This document shows, one piece after another, positions 1-13,347 of a stretch of DNA of 64,000 nt. Positions within the stretch are counted from its first letter, which is position 1. Every line of letters begins with the position of its first letter. The DNA is from Octopus vulgaris (lineage: Eukaryota), in the NCBI GenBank assembly GCA_951406725.2, contig OX597831.1, positions 32,302,001 through 32,366,000 of the forward strand, read 5' to 3'. The notes under the pieces were generated by a model. The model ran no database searches, had not been told where the DNA came from, and saw only the letters and a program-made list of their open reading frames with translations. Both the position numbers and the translations under genes were made by a program.

Positions 1-273
1 AGTAGTAGTAGTAGCAACAGTAGTAGAAGGCTATTTAGAGACAACAAACAAGTCTCCTCTTGTTAGGTTAAAAATCTTATTACTCACAGCTGTAGAAATT
101 TAAGCCCAAGCAACATTAAATGAATGAATAAATAGATGATAATAATAATAATAATAATAATAATAATAGTGATAATAATAATGGAAATAATTTTAAAAAA
201 AAGAAAAGAAAAACACATTCCAGAAACGAGGATACAAGCTGATTATGAAAGTAGAGAGACTAGAATAATAACA

Positions 274-492
274 ATCCTTTCTACGATAGGCACAAGGCCT
301 GGAATTTTGGGGAAGAGGGGACTAAGTCGATTACATCGACCCCCAGTGTTTCACTGGTACTTAATTTATCGACCCCCGAAAGAACGAAAGGCAAAGTCGA
401 CCTCCGTGGAATTTGAACTCAGAATGTAGCAACAGGCAAAATACTGCCAAGCATTTTGTCCAGCATGCTAACCATTCTGCCAGCTCACTGCC

Positions 493-494
<2 letters not shown>
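274..494 (-). mobile_element. SINE-A (tRNA-derived; central GTCGACTTTGCCTTTCATCCTTTCGGGGTCGATAAATTAAGTACCAG core resembling Nin/Deu-type domains)
   Basis: Reverse complement of the family consensus seen more than 25 times in the window; flanked by (AAT)n. Confidence 0.85.
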
Positions 495-547
<53 letters not shown>

Positions 548-1467
548 TAATAATAATAATAATATTGGCTTCAGTTTTTGGCACAGAAATTTTGCTGAAG
601 TGGGTAAGTCAATTACATTGACCCCAATATCCAACTGGTACTTATTTGACTCCCAAAAGGATGAAAGGCAAAGTCAACCTTGGCAGAATATGCATGTGCT
701 TGGTGTACCCTTATTGGCTGAATAGCCATGATGGGTACTTTAGGCTTTGTATATTTGTACCCCAATGTCACATGCATTGCTCTCTCTCACCCAATAATAA
801 TAATAATAATAATAATTAAAGACTACCACAATCCAAGCCAGAATCTGAAGGAAACGGTGAGGACTGGGACAGGGGTTGAAGGAAGACTTGTAGGCACTAA
901 GTAAAGGTGTTGGTTTTGGTAAAAAGGAAATCCCATGCTGGCAGCAGTACTATCAACCCCTCCAGTCACAAAGCCAACCTCTTACCATATCTCATCTTTG
1001 GAGAAAAATAAATATTTTCATCACTGAAGAATAAACATTTCTGATGAAGAATATACACACACACAGACACATGTGTGCGTGTGTGTGAAAGAGCCTGAAA
1101 AGTCTGGTTATGGGACAAAATGAAAAGCTATGAAATACAAGAATTATACAGCATACACATTCTTTCTCACACTCACACACATGTAATACACACACACACA
1201 CATACACTATTACACACTTCTGCACTTAAGTGTACCACTCTAAAACCTCACATACATACACCTACACACACACACACACACACACACATGCCTAAATACA
1301 CTACCATACACAGAAACACAACAGCTCTCCCTGACACATGCATACACCTATATATAGCCACATGTGTACACACACCATGCCCCCACCCCACCCACACACA
1401 CAGAATGATAGTATTAAAGTGGATAGAGAGAAGAAAATAATTCAAAATATTGCCTTTAAGATTGTTG

Positions 1468-1510
<43 letters not shown>

Positions 1511-1572
1511 TATATAGAAGGAGCTTCTACAGGACTAGTACTGTTTCATTCAAGAGAAATCTTCAGGAAGCA

Positions 1573-1659
<87 letters not shown>

Positions 1660-1662
<3 letters not shown>

Positions 1663-1990
1663 GTGGTTGTGTGGTAAGAAGCTTGCTTCCCAACCATGTA
1701 GTTCCAGGTTCAGTTCCTCTGTGTGGCATCTTTGACAACTATTTTTATTGCCCTTGTTATAGCCTTTGGCTAACTAAAGTCTTGGGAGTGGATTTGGTAG
1801 AGGAAAACTGATAGAAGCCCCTTGTGTGTGTACATAGACATGGAGTGGGGTTATTCCCCACCATCACATGACAACTGGTTTTGGTGTACTTACTTCTCTG
1901 TAACTTAGCAGTTTAGCAAAAGAGGCTGATAGAATAAGTGTGAAAAAAAGAAAAAAAAATCTGAGGTCAATTCAGGCAGAGATGAGACAG
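1660..1990 (+). mobile_element. SINE-B, degenerate
   Basis: Homologous to 6736-7164. Confidence 0.75.
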
Positions 1991-2400
1991 ATCATCATCT
2001 TCATCATTTAATGTCTGTTTTCCATGCTGGCATGGGTTGTAGTTTGACAGCAACTGGCAAGCTGAAGAGCTACCCAGGCTCCAGTTGTCTGTCTTGGCAT
2101 GGTTTCAATAGCAGGATGCCTTTCCTAATGCCAATCACTTTACAGAGTGTACTGGGAGATTTTAATGTGGCACTGGCATGGTTGTATTTATGTGGCACCA
2201 GCGCCCCTACAAACCCACAAGGTTAGGAATGCTTGGCTGGAGAGGGATGCAAGGAATGAACCTGTATAAAAAGGGTAACCACGCTTTTATTTAGCTTGAG
2301 ATGTCTTTCAAGCACAGCAAATCACCAGGAGTCTCAATGCCCTATCATCCCCTTTGTGATGTGTGTGTGTGTGTGTATGTATATATATAAATAAATAAAT

Positions 2401-2627
2401 GCGCCCTTTTTAAAGCTTAGCCTGGCTCATGGGCCCGGTTTCAATGGTGTATGTGTACCCCAGCTGGACAGGACGCCAGTCCATCACAGCATTACTCACT
2501 TTTGCCAGCTGAGTGGACTGGAGCAACGTGAAATGAAGTGTTTTGCTCAAGAACACAATGTGTTGCTTAGTCCAGGAATCGAAACCACAATCTTATGATC
2601 ATGGTGCTGACACCCTAACCACTAAGC

Positions 2628-2630
<3 letters not shown>
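2401..2630 (-). mobile_element. SINE-D (tRNA-derived head, TTGTGTTCTTGAGCAAAACACTTCATTTCAC core)
   Basis: Minus strand GTGGCTTAGTGGTTAGG A box and GTTTCGATTCC B box; relatives at 13875, 19088 and 38430. Confidence 0.75.
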
Positions 2631-2659
<29 letters not shown>

Positions 2660-2662
2660 AAA

Positions 2663-2910
2663 GGCGGCGAGCTGGCAGCATCGTTAGCACGTCGGGTGGG
2701 TAGGTAGGTAGCCGTAGATTGATAGATAGATGGACAGACAGACATGTGTTCTGGGTTCAAATTCTGCCGAGGTCGACTTTGCCTTTCATCCTTTTGGGGT
2801 CGATAAAATAAGTACCAGTTACGTTCTGGGGTCAATGTAATCAACTTAATCCCTTTGTCTGTCCTTGTTTGTCCCCTCTATGTTTAGCCCCTTGTGGGTA
2901 GTAAAGAAAT
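2663..2910 (+). mobile_element. SINE-A, tail variant ending GTAAAGAAAT, inserted in (TA)n
   Basis: GGCGGCGAGCTGGCAG head, GGTTCAAATTC B box, conserved core. Confidence 0.85.
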
Positions 2911-3383
2911 ATATATATATATATATATATAAATAGCCACAGTCAAATGACTGACACAGGTAAAGGGTGGGTGGGTGGGTAGGTGGTAGATAGATAGATA
3001 GATGGACACTCAGACTTGTAGGTTGATGGAGAGATAGGAAGACACACACACACACACACACACATCATATATATTTGAGAGAGAGAGATGATAGAAGAGA
3101 GAGAACTACAAGTAATTTTGCTGAATAGCATGTCTTCTCTCATTATTTAACGTCCATTTTCCATGTTGGCATGGGTTGGATGGTTTGATTGAGAACTGGC
3201 AAGCCAGAAGTTTTCTAACAGCTTCCATTACAGCAGGTAACTTAGCTTTTCAATACAATTCACAAAACACTCAACTGTCTAATTGTCATCAAAGACATAA
3301 CAATAACAACACTCACACACACACACACAGATATGTATATAAACGCATGTATACATGTATGTATATATACGGATATATGTTCT

Positions 3384-3712
3384 TCATCATCATCATCGTT
3401 TAACGTCCATTTTCCATGCTGGCATGGGTTGGATGGTTTGATTGAGAACTGGCAAGCCAGAAAGCTGTACCAGGCTCCAGTCTGATCTGGCAGTGTTTCT
3501 ACAGCTGGATGCCCTTCCTAATGCCAACCACTCCAAGAGTGTAGTGGGTGCTTTTTTTACGTGCCACCAGCACAGGGGCCAGAGCAGCTGGCATCAACCA
3601 CGATCAGATGGTGCTTTTTACATGCCACTGCTATGGAAGCCAGTCAAGGCAGCACTGGCATCGACCACGTTTGGATGGTGCTTTTTACATACCACCGGCA
3701 CGGGTATCACAA
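3384..3712 (-). mobile_element. Family C retroposon ((GAT)n tail, AGGAAGGGCATCCAGCTGTAGAAA core, 5' tandem ~65-bp subunits)
   Basis: CATCATCGTTTAACGTCC...CCATGCT-GCATGGGTTGGA start is shared with 18557, 37738, 41434 and 52885. Confidence 0.8.
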
Positions 3713-4140
3713 CTACAATTTCCATTTGATTGTGATTTGATTTTGATGTACCCGACTCAATAGGTCTCCTCAAGCATGGCATGTTGCCCTACAATACAAG
3801 GTACTTTTTGGGTATGCTGGTTATGTATGCATATATATATATGTTCTGTCCATTAAGAATTTAGAAAGTTTGGAAGATATGAAGAAAAAAATTGTTTTTT
3901 TTTTTAATGGTGAAAATCAACCGCAGTATGCAATTGGTACTTAATTTATCGACCCCGAAAGGTTGAAAGGCAAAGTCGACCTCAGCAGAATTTGAACTCA
4001 GGACATAAAGACTAAATAAAAGTGTGTAGAATATTGAGTTTGAAATGAGAGTTTTTTCAGCCCAATACTTTTTATAGATTTATCTTTGAGTTGCTTTATG
4101 AAAATGAAGAGGAAAAAAAAAGAAAAAGAAAAGAAATAAT

Positions 4141-4480
4141 GAATGTGGCTGTGAAGTTTGCTTTTCAGTCTCATGATTCCGGGTTTAGTCCAGTGGCATG
4201 GTACTTTGGGCAAAGTGTTTTATAATATAACCCCTAGTTGACCAGGGCCTTGTCAGTGGATTTGCTAGATGGAAGCTGAAAGAATCCCGTCATGTGTGTG
4301 TGTGTGTGTGTGTGTTTGTCCTCCACCACTGCCTGACAACCGGTGTTGGTGTGTTTACATCCCCATAACTTAGCAGTTTGGCAAGAGAGACCCAGAGGCT
4401 TTAAAAAAAAGTAAGTACTGGGTTTGTTTTGTCCAGCTAAAGCTCTTCAAGATAGTGCTTCGAGATATCACTGTGTATTG
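4141..4480 (+). mobile_element. SINE-B, degenerate
   Basis: Homologous to 6736-7164. Confidence 0.75.
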
Positions 4481-5295
4481 TAACTAGTAAGACAGCTAAA
4501 TACAGTGGCAGAATAACTATTAACACTGGAAGATTATTCGATAATGGTAATCGGGGTGGGTGGGGGATCTAATTCATCAGTAATAGTTGTACATCTAACT
4601 GTGCACACAAGATGTGTGTGTATGTATGTGTGTATACATATATACAACCTCTGCGATTACCATTTCATAGGAACAAAATGCATTTTTGGCAGACTCGGTG
4701 TTTGGCTACAACAAATACTTGTGAGTGTGTGTGTGTGTGCTTGCACAAAAGTAGAATAAAACAAAAAAAAAAGCAGCATTCAAAACATTATTTGGAATTT
4801 TAGATATATAGTAAGTTCACTGAGCCTCACATTACTGAAAGTTTCGTAAGCACCGGACACATTCACATTTATTAGGTGCACAAGGTCAGAGTGAAGAGAA
4901 TTTAAATGAAACTTTAAAATACTTACTAGATAGGAAGCTAAGAGAAATTTAAAGCAAGTTACATGATAACTTTAAAGCTGTCAGTGCAAAAACTCTCAAT
5001 AGATGTAAATTCACCCTATTACTGCCTTTGTACACAGACTAATAAAAGAGGTTGTCTTGTCATGTATCACAGTTCATTGACCCTTCATCGGTGCTTATGT
5101 AGCACCACCTCATCTTTCTTCTACAAAGAGAACTACATAAGTTGTTGCTGCTTGAACTAAACACAAACCAAAACTGAAACTAATTTGCATATTGTACATA
5201 TGTTATGCAAATGTGCTTTGAGAGTGATGAAACATATTTTAGCGACACTGTTTGAAAGAGCACATAGGCTGGGAATATTAAGCCCCACTGCACAA

Positions 5296-5348
<53 letters not shown>

Positions 5349-6044
5349 TGTACATACACATATTGAGACATGTAAGCTTATGTTTGGTAAGTCCAAGGAT
5401 CTTGTAAATACACACATGCATACAGATGTATATAACTATATACATAAGGGTCCTTGTGCGTATGTGAGTGTGTGTGTGTATGAGTGTGTGTGCATATGCG
5501 TATGCATATACATATTTCTAATACACACACATACATGTAAATCAATTACCGTGATTATTAATTCCTCTCTTCGTTTATATATTTTCTGGTTATTAAAATT
5601 AATCTACAGAATATAAAAAATTGTCCATTGAAAGGAGTTCTGTAGAAGGCCAGAGGCAGCAGAGGTGGAAGAATGGTCAATGAAGAACAAACAAAAGCTC
5701 TGCTATCTCAGACATATGCACAAGGTTTGGGGCAGAAAAAAAAACAAAAGAGGAATAACATCAGGGAGCAGCAGCAGCCAAGCAATTGTTGCTATTGAAG
5801 ATGAGAACATCAAAGAGTCTAACAGAAGAGACTATTAGATACGAGGAAAGAAACGGCTGCGTGTGTGTGTGTGTGTGTGTGTGTATTAGCAATTTCCAAC
5901 TGATGGAGCCCATATGAAAGTGTTCTGATGTTTCTAATAAAACTGTATTTGTTTGCCTATGTTTTCCAATAAACTCTGCAGAATTGTCCTTATTTTACAT
6001 TTTTTCCTGAATTTTTGAAATTCTAAAGGTAATTTATGGACACT

Positions 6045-6271
6045 GTATACACATACATACACACACACATATATACATACATATATACATACATACATAT
6101 ATACATACATATATACATACATACATATATACATATACATACATACATACATACATATACATATATATACATATACATACATACATATATACATACATAC
6201 ATACATACATACACATACATACATATACATACATACATATATACATACATACACATATATACATACATACA

Positions 6272-6305
<34 letters not shown>

Positions 6306-6440
6306 CATACATACATACATATATACATACATACATATATATATACATACATACATACATATATACATACATACATACATATATATACATACATACATAT
6401 ATATACATACATTATATATATATGTATATATATGTATATA
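6045..6440. repeat. (TACA)n/(TA)n compound microsatellite
   Basis: Direct observation. Confidence 0.95.
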
Positions 6441-6735
6441 AAATACACTGCTTTATTTGGAGATTGCTAGTGTTAAACAATACTCGCAAATAAACTTTTA
6501 AATCTAAAATTCACTGTGTTTTATGTATCATATCGATATTTATCTATTTACATGTATTTTTATATTTATATATTTGGAATTTTTATATCCGTTTTATAAA
6601 TGTAGAGGAATACATGTATATATTTGATTTTGAGTGTGGTTATTAATTATGCTCCTCTAGTTTCCACTTGCATTGCCTCTACTGAGATTATTAAGCAGTA
6701 TATACATACATACATACATATATATATATATTACA

Positions 6736-6909
6736 GGCGCAGGAGTGGCTGTGTGGTAAGTAGCTTGCTAACCAACCACATGGTTCCGGGTTCAGTCCCA
6801 CCGCGTGGCATCTTGGGCAAGTGTCTTCTGCTATAGCCCCGGGCCGACCAATGCCTTGTGAGCGGATTTGGTAGACAGAAACTGAAAGAAGCCTGTCGTA
6901 TATATGTAT

Positions 6910-6945
<36 letters not shown>

Positions 6946-7164
6946 ATGTGTGTTTGTGTGTCTGTGTTTGTCCCCCCTAGCATTGCTTGACAACCGATGC
7001 TGATGTGTTTACGTCCCTGTCACTTAGCAGTTCGGCAAAAGAGACCGATAGAATAAGTACTGGGCTTACAAAGAATAAGTCCCGGGGTTGAATTGCTCGA
7101 CTAAAAGGCGGTGCTCCAGCATGGCCGCAGTCAAATGACTGAAACAAGTAAAAGAGTAAAAGAG
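6736..7164 (+). mobile_element. SINE-B (tRNA-derived head, internal TA/TG microsatellite, GTAAAAGA tail repeat)
   Basis: GGCGCAGGAGTGGCTGTGTGGTAAG...GGTTCAGTCCC head; family recurs more than 15 times in the window. Confidence 0.85.
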
Positions 7165-7836
7165 TATATATACAGAGAAAGAGAGAGAGATTGATGGAAA
7201 GGGAGAAATACATAGATAGACAAGCAGATAACCAGATGAAGGAAGACAGCTAGATAACTAGACAGAGATTCAAAGAGACGATCATAAAGTATGGCGCTTT
7301 ATTTATAGGTCAAAAGTTCTAGCTTTGCTACAAGCAGTAAAATGGTCAATTAGAACAACGAACAATTATCTGATTCATTCTTAGATTAATTAGGTGCTAT
7401 GTGAAGAATTAACTGTCTTTGAAGTGCTGGCAGTGGAAATGGCCAAGTTGAAGCAATGTCAGACAAGCTCCATCACAGTGTCAACAACATTACAGTTCTA
7501 TCTTATTGATGATGCTGGTTGAGTGTTCTGAATGGAGCATGCTCAGAAGCTTAACACTTGCTATCTCAGTTCACCTACGTGTAAAATAAGTGCAATGAAT
7601 AGTTCAAAGTTAGCCATTGATAAATGCAGCAGCAGCAGCAGTTTATCTGACTGGTATGGGGTGTGTATTTGACTGGTTCAGTTTATCTTTGGTATTTATT
7701 TTATCAACCCCTGAAAGGACAAAAGCAAAACGAAACTATCATGGGACTTGAACTCAAAATATAAAGGGAGATAAACTAAATACATTGCTCTACTGATTCC
7801 ACCATACACTACTACTGTTCTTATAATAATAATCAT

Positions 7837-8054
7837 AATCCTTTCTACTGGAGGCACAAGGCCTGAAACTTGTGGGGGGGGGGAGTTAAGTCGATTACAT
7901 TGACCCCAGTGCATAACTGGTACTTATTTAATTGACCCCAAAAGGATGAAAGGCAAAGTTGACCTCAGCAGAATTTGAACTCAGAACACAGTGATGGGCA
8001 AAATACTGCTAAGCATTTCATCCAGCATGCTGATGATCCTACTACCTCGCCACC

Positions 8055-8056
<2 letters not shown>
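7837..8056 (-). mobile_element. SINE-A
   Basis: Full-length reverse copy between (AAT)n tracts. Confidence 0.8.
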
Positions 8057-8089
<33 letters not shown>

Positions 8090-8634
8090 CAATAATAAAA
8101 ATAATAATAATAATAACGATAATAATGCTTTCAAATTTTGGCACATGGCCAGTAGTTTCAGAGGGAAAGGGATAATCAATCACATTGACCTCTCTGTATT
8201 TGGCAGATACTTATTTTATCGACCCCAAAAGGATGAATGACAAAGTTGACCTTGGGATCACTTGTAGTAGCAGCAGCAGCAGCAGTAGTAGCAACCATAG
8301 TCTTCATTTGAGGGACCTGCTACTGTTACTGTTACTGTCTTCTATCTTATTTTTCTTACAATTTTCCTCTCGTTTCCCCAATGGAAAGTCAAGTGACCTC
8401 TACCGCCACACATGTAGCAACTAGGTCTTCTCTGCCCTGTCAATCTTACTGACCCCTTTTCTGCTCCCAGAGAGGAACAAAACTAAATGCTGCAAGTCAT
8501 TTAGTTCATTTAATGTAGCAGTATGCTTATCTCCGTCACATATCAGCAGATTTAGACACCTTCTCAGTCAACCCACCTTCGACTCAGTGGCACATCAAAG
8601 ATGCAAGAGCTAGAGAGAGAGAGGGAGAGAGAGG

Positions 8635-8665
<31 letters not shown>

Positions 8666-9253
8666 AGAGAGAGATAGAGAAAGAGAGAGATAGAGAAAGA
8701 GAGAGATAGAGAAAGAGAGAGAGAGAGACAGACAAGAGACAGAGAGTTGCATCAGCACAAGACTGGTGGTCATTTACAGCCAAGTTGACTGAAACAAGAT
8801 GAAATAAAGCAATTTGCTTGCATACGCAACGTGCCGTCTAGCCTGGAAATTGAACCCCCCAACCTTATAATTGTAAGCCCAATACACTCAACACTAGACC
8901 ATGTTCACCAGTAACATGGGCAACAATCTGTAAACTACTGGTGGGGGTGGGGGGTTAAGAATGAGAGATTAACAGATATTAGTCAAAACTAAAGCTAAAC
9001 AAAAAAAAAATTAAAACAAACAAACAAGAAAGTGATATGTATTAATTGGTTTAGTCTGTTATTTAATTTTAGTTAAATAATTAACTACATACACTCACCA
9101 CCGTTTAGGATATAAACCATCTTAGGTCATAAAATGTTGAAAAATATATATTCTCTGGTTGATGGGGAAAAATAGATAAATAATAGTAAATAAATATAAA
9201 AAATACATAAACAATAAATATATTTTTGATAATTATATATATACACATACATA

Positions 9254-9804
9254 CGAGGGTGAGCCAAAAAGTAATGCCATTTTGTTTAGGACAGGTATAA
9301 TTAATTACCAACACAGGAACATGCATCATACATCAAAATGAAACTGGTCGTCTTTGGTTCACATCCCTACTTTTCAAAATAGTCACTATTTCTCTCAATA
9401 GCAATGTTCCACCTTTGAATGAGAGCATGTATCCCTGCCCCGTAAAATTCTGTTGACTGTTCTTTGAGCAACTTCTTTACTACAGTTTTCACTTCCTTGT
9501 CACTGGAATAATCTAGCACCTTTAGACTATCATCTCTTCGTCGCCATGAAAGAGGGTTTGAGAGGCAAACATTATTCCAGTGATGAGGAAGTGAAAAACT
9601 GTAGTGAAGAAGTGGCTCAAAGAACAGTCAACAGAATTTTACAGGGCAGGGATACATGCTCTCATTCGAAAGGTGGAACATTGCTATTGAGAGAAACGGT
9701 GACTATGTTGAGAAGTAGGGATGTGATCCACAGAAGACCAGCTTCATTTTGATGTATGATACATGTTCCTGTGTTGGTAATTATACCTGTCCTAAACAAA
9801 ATGG
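9254..9804. mobile_element. Palindromic (foldback) mariner/Tc1 derivative made of two inverted transposon 3' ends
   Basis: Starts TA|CGAGGG (mariner-like terminus). Arms 9277-9512 and 9571-9804 are inverted. The plus strand encodes a frameshifted mariner transposase C-terminus (DYHLFVAMKEGLRGKHYSSDEEVK...WNIAIERNGDYVEK). Confidence 0.85.
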
Positions 9805-10068
9805 AACATGGATGTTAAATAATGATGATTATGTCTAGTTTGATAAGTGCCAATGGATGAAACTCTTGACCCTTGAGTCCTTCTGTAATTTCTGCTGGTT
9901 AATAATAATAAAAATATATATTCTCATATTTTGAGTTCTATTTCCTTCTTTATATCACCAAACCTAAACAAACATACATAACAATCATCATAATCATATT
10001 TTTTAAAATATGTTAGGCCACTGGTTTTAATTGATTAATATCAATTTCTACCCTTATTTAATTTTATG

Positions 10069-10114
<46 letters not shown>

Positions 10115-10818
10115 TGGAGGTATGGCTGTGTGGTAAGAGGCTCGCTTCCCAATGACATGGTTCCAGGTTCAGTCCCACTGTGTGGCACCTTGGGCAAGTG
10201 TCTTCTACTATAACCTCGGACTGATAAAAGCCTTGTGAGTGGATTTGGTAGATGGAAACTGAAAGAAACCTGCCGTACATATATCTTATAGTCAAGAGGA
10301 AAGGCAGGCCCCATGACTCTTTGCAGAGCTTCCAGAACAGGTGGGAGGGATGGAGGATTAATATCCTCAAATTAGAAATCTGCCTGAAGGCTTGTAACTG
10401 AAGGAGACTTCACTAAAGGCACCCATGGTGAAATTAAACCAGGTGATGGCTGGTTTAATTTCACCTCCCAACTAGGCTGCAGCAGAATTTGAACTCAGAG
10501 CACAGGGGGACCTAATACTGAGCAGCATTTTATTCATCATTCTAACAACTGTGCCAATTCATTAAAACAGGAACATGAAATGGAAAAGAATGAGGAATTA
10601 ATTTATAAAATTTCCCCTGTGTGCTCGGCTGTGGTGATGGGAGGAGTAGATCTCTGTTGGATTAATTGTTCAATTGTTATTTTTCCAGTTGGATTGCCTT
10701 GATGTTGTCAACCACTCAACCGTGAATTAACAAAGGAACCAGTTTGTCTGAGAGAGAAATGTGTACTAAGCACAAAGTCACAACATAATTGTTGTACTTG
10801 TAAGATTAGAACTTATGA

Positions 10819-11180
10819 GCTTGGGATATTCTGATAATATTTTGTGGGAGCTAGAGTGGGACATCCCGATACATTTCTGTGGAAATTATTGTGGGACATA
10901 CAGATATATATGTGGGAGATTGTGAAAAAAATATTCTGATGGATTCTGTGGGAGCTAATGTAGGACATAGGTATATTTGTGAGAACTTGTACAGGGTTAC
11001 CCTGATACGTTTCGTGGGAGTAAGTGTGGTACAGAGATTTTAATGCTAATTTCTGCGGGGTATTGTGACACATTTTGTGGGTGCTAATGTGGGACACCCT
11101 GAAATATTTGTGGGAGCTAGTGTAAGACATTGATACATTCTGTGGGAATTGGACAAGTTGTTATTTCGTGGGTGTAGGAG
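10819..11180. repeat. Degenerate ~33-36-bp minisatellite (TGTGGGAGCTAGTGTGGGACATCCTGATATATTT-like)
   Basis: About 10 diverged units with a recurring TGTGGG. Confidence 0.7.
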
Positions 11181-11443
11181 CTGTTATTACAATGTCGTGT
11201 TTCAGTAAATAAATCCCACAGGAGATATTTACTATCAGTATTATAAGCATATAGATATTCCTCTGACTATATCCAGGAGTGATAGGGGGTTGTTCTTTCA
11301 CTAATGTTATTACTGTTGTGGCCCCATTCAGCTTGGGTTTTCTTATGTAGACTACAGTTGTTTTATTGTCTTTTTTTATATTTTTATATGGAGTATTCAG
11401 CAATATTAATAATTTACTTATTTTTTCTTATGAAAACAGGGAA

Positions 11444-11478
<35 letters not shown>

Positions 11479-13300
11479 GATTGATTTATTTATTCTTGCT
11501 TATCTATTGATTAAAAATTATCAGTTTTAGCATATTGTGTGTATATGTGCATTGTGTTTGCAAGTATGTGTATATATGTGTGTGTGTGTTGTGTAGTGTA
11601 CATGTTTGTGTATTTTGTATCGTGAGTGTGTGCGTATGTAGGTTGTGAGACTGTGTTGTTATTTAGCCCCAGGTCAGCCTCACCTTGCAAATTTGCAATG
11701 AAAGGCTTCCCAACCATAGCCACCCTGTCGTTCTCATATGTGCAAAGAAGCTAGATCACATGATCAAATGTCTGTCGTGTATGTGTGTGTGTAAGGGAAG
11801 AGATAGAGATGCAAAACAACAACACTTTTATATCATCCCTCCATGGCAATATATAAAGTACAATACGAAGAGATGTTGCCTGCCTTTACAACCACTACCA
11901 CCCAAACATCACCACCAGTACCACTATACTAATACTACTACTACTACAATCATCACCACTCTACTATGTCCACCACCACTATTATTACTATTGCAGCACT
12001 ACTACAAAAACACCACCACCCTTTACAATCATAGCCACTACCATGCTACAAACACCACTAAACCATCACCAGTGCAACTATCACCACCAATAACAGCACC
12101 CTCCCTACAAACCCACCACTACCCTCTAGTGGAGGAAGAAAAATATTCAATGGTTTGTAGTAATATAGACAAAAAGGTGTCAAGTACTTCAACAACAACA
12201 ACAACAAAAGTCACAACAATGAGATCTTTGTTACAACATCCAACATAACAAAACCAAAGTGTATTCTTTCATCAAGAGAACTTATCAAGAAGACACCAAT
12301 TAGTAAAACGGTATTTATGAATTAATTAATTAAAAAATAAAAGGGAGGGAGAATAAAGGGAGAAAACTGCTTTCAACCTGATTTATTATCTGGGGTAGGA
12401 TGGAAAAATAAGAGAATAGATTTAACAGTGTCTCAATAAATAATAATAAGAATGGTGCGCTTATGTGTTACGGTCTCCTTGCCTTGCCACCATGTGGTAA
12501 TTGTAAATGGGTGCAACCATCATACAAAATGGTGCCATTCGTTTCCAATCTTCCATGAAACACTTTTGTCTAACCCTGGGGGAAATGTTACTTTATTTGG
12601 AAACAGGTGAGGATAGATAATAGGAAGGGCATACACCCATAAGAAATTTGTCTCAATTAACTCGACCCAACCCAGGCAAGCATGGAAAAGTGGATGTTGA
12701 AATGATGATTAATAAATATAAACTCCTTATCAGTTCAAATATACTTGAGGTATATTTGAACTCGTAAGAAAGCCGTTTGCTATATTCAAAGTAGTTCCAA
12801 GCCCAGACTGACTGATAGATGTATGCATTTCAGAGTGGTTGTCTCCTCTTCAGCATCAGACACTGGAAAGGAGAGGCACTATGGTCAGACTTGATATGGA
12901 TCTCTCTTATATTCCAATCAGCATACTGCAATTGGTTGCAATAATTGGTGGCTTGGTCACAATAAAATACAAAATTGAAGAATTAAGCAGTGATGTGTAG
13001 AAATATAAACTTGCTGCCAGTTCAAATATGCTTGAGGTATATCAGAATCCAGAAGACGGCCATTCTTTGTATTTTGTCATGGAGAAAATCTCTCGCAGTA
13101 GACAAATACGTTTAAATACACCAAGATTAAGAAAGATTTTCTCTCAGTTTTTGGCTACCAAAATGTACTCAAAGGCTTTCACAAGGCTTACACCTTTCTA
13201 AAATACCACACAATAGGAATGAACTTGAAACCTCCTGATCAATACTTAACCACACAGCCATGCCCACACCAATGTACATCTTTTGGATTGTCTATCTTCT

Positions 13301-13347
<47 letters not shown>

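Noticed and set aside
5640-5838. ~60-codon open frame on the plus strand (RPEAAEVEEWSMKNKQK...)
   Set aside because: No recognisable homology or convincing splice context.
6736-6810. tRNA-like heads of SINE-A/B/D as real tRNA genes
   Set aside because: No complete cloverleaf; always attached to SINE bodies.
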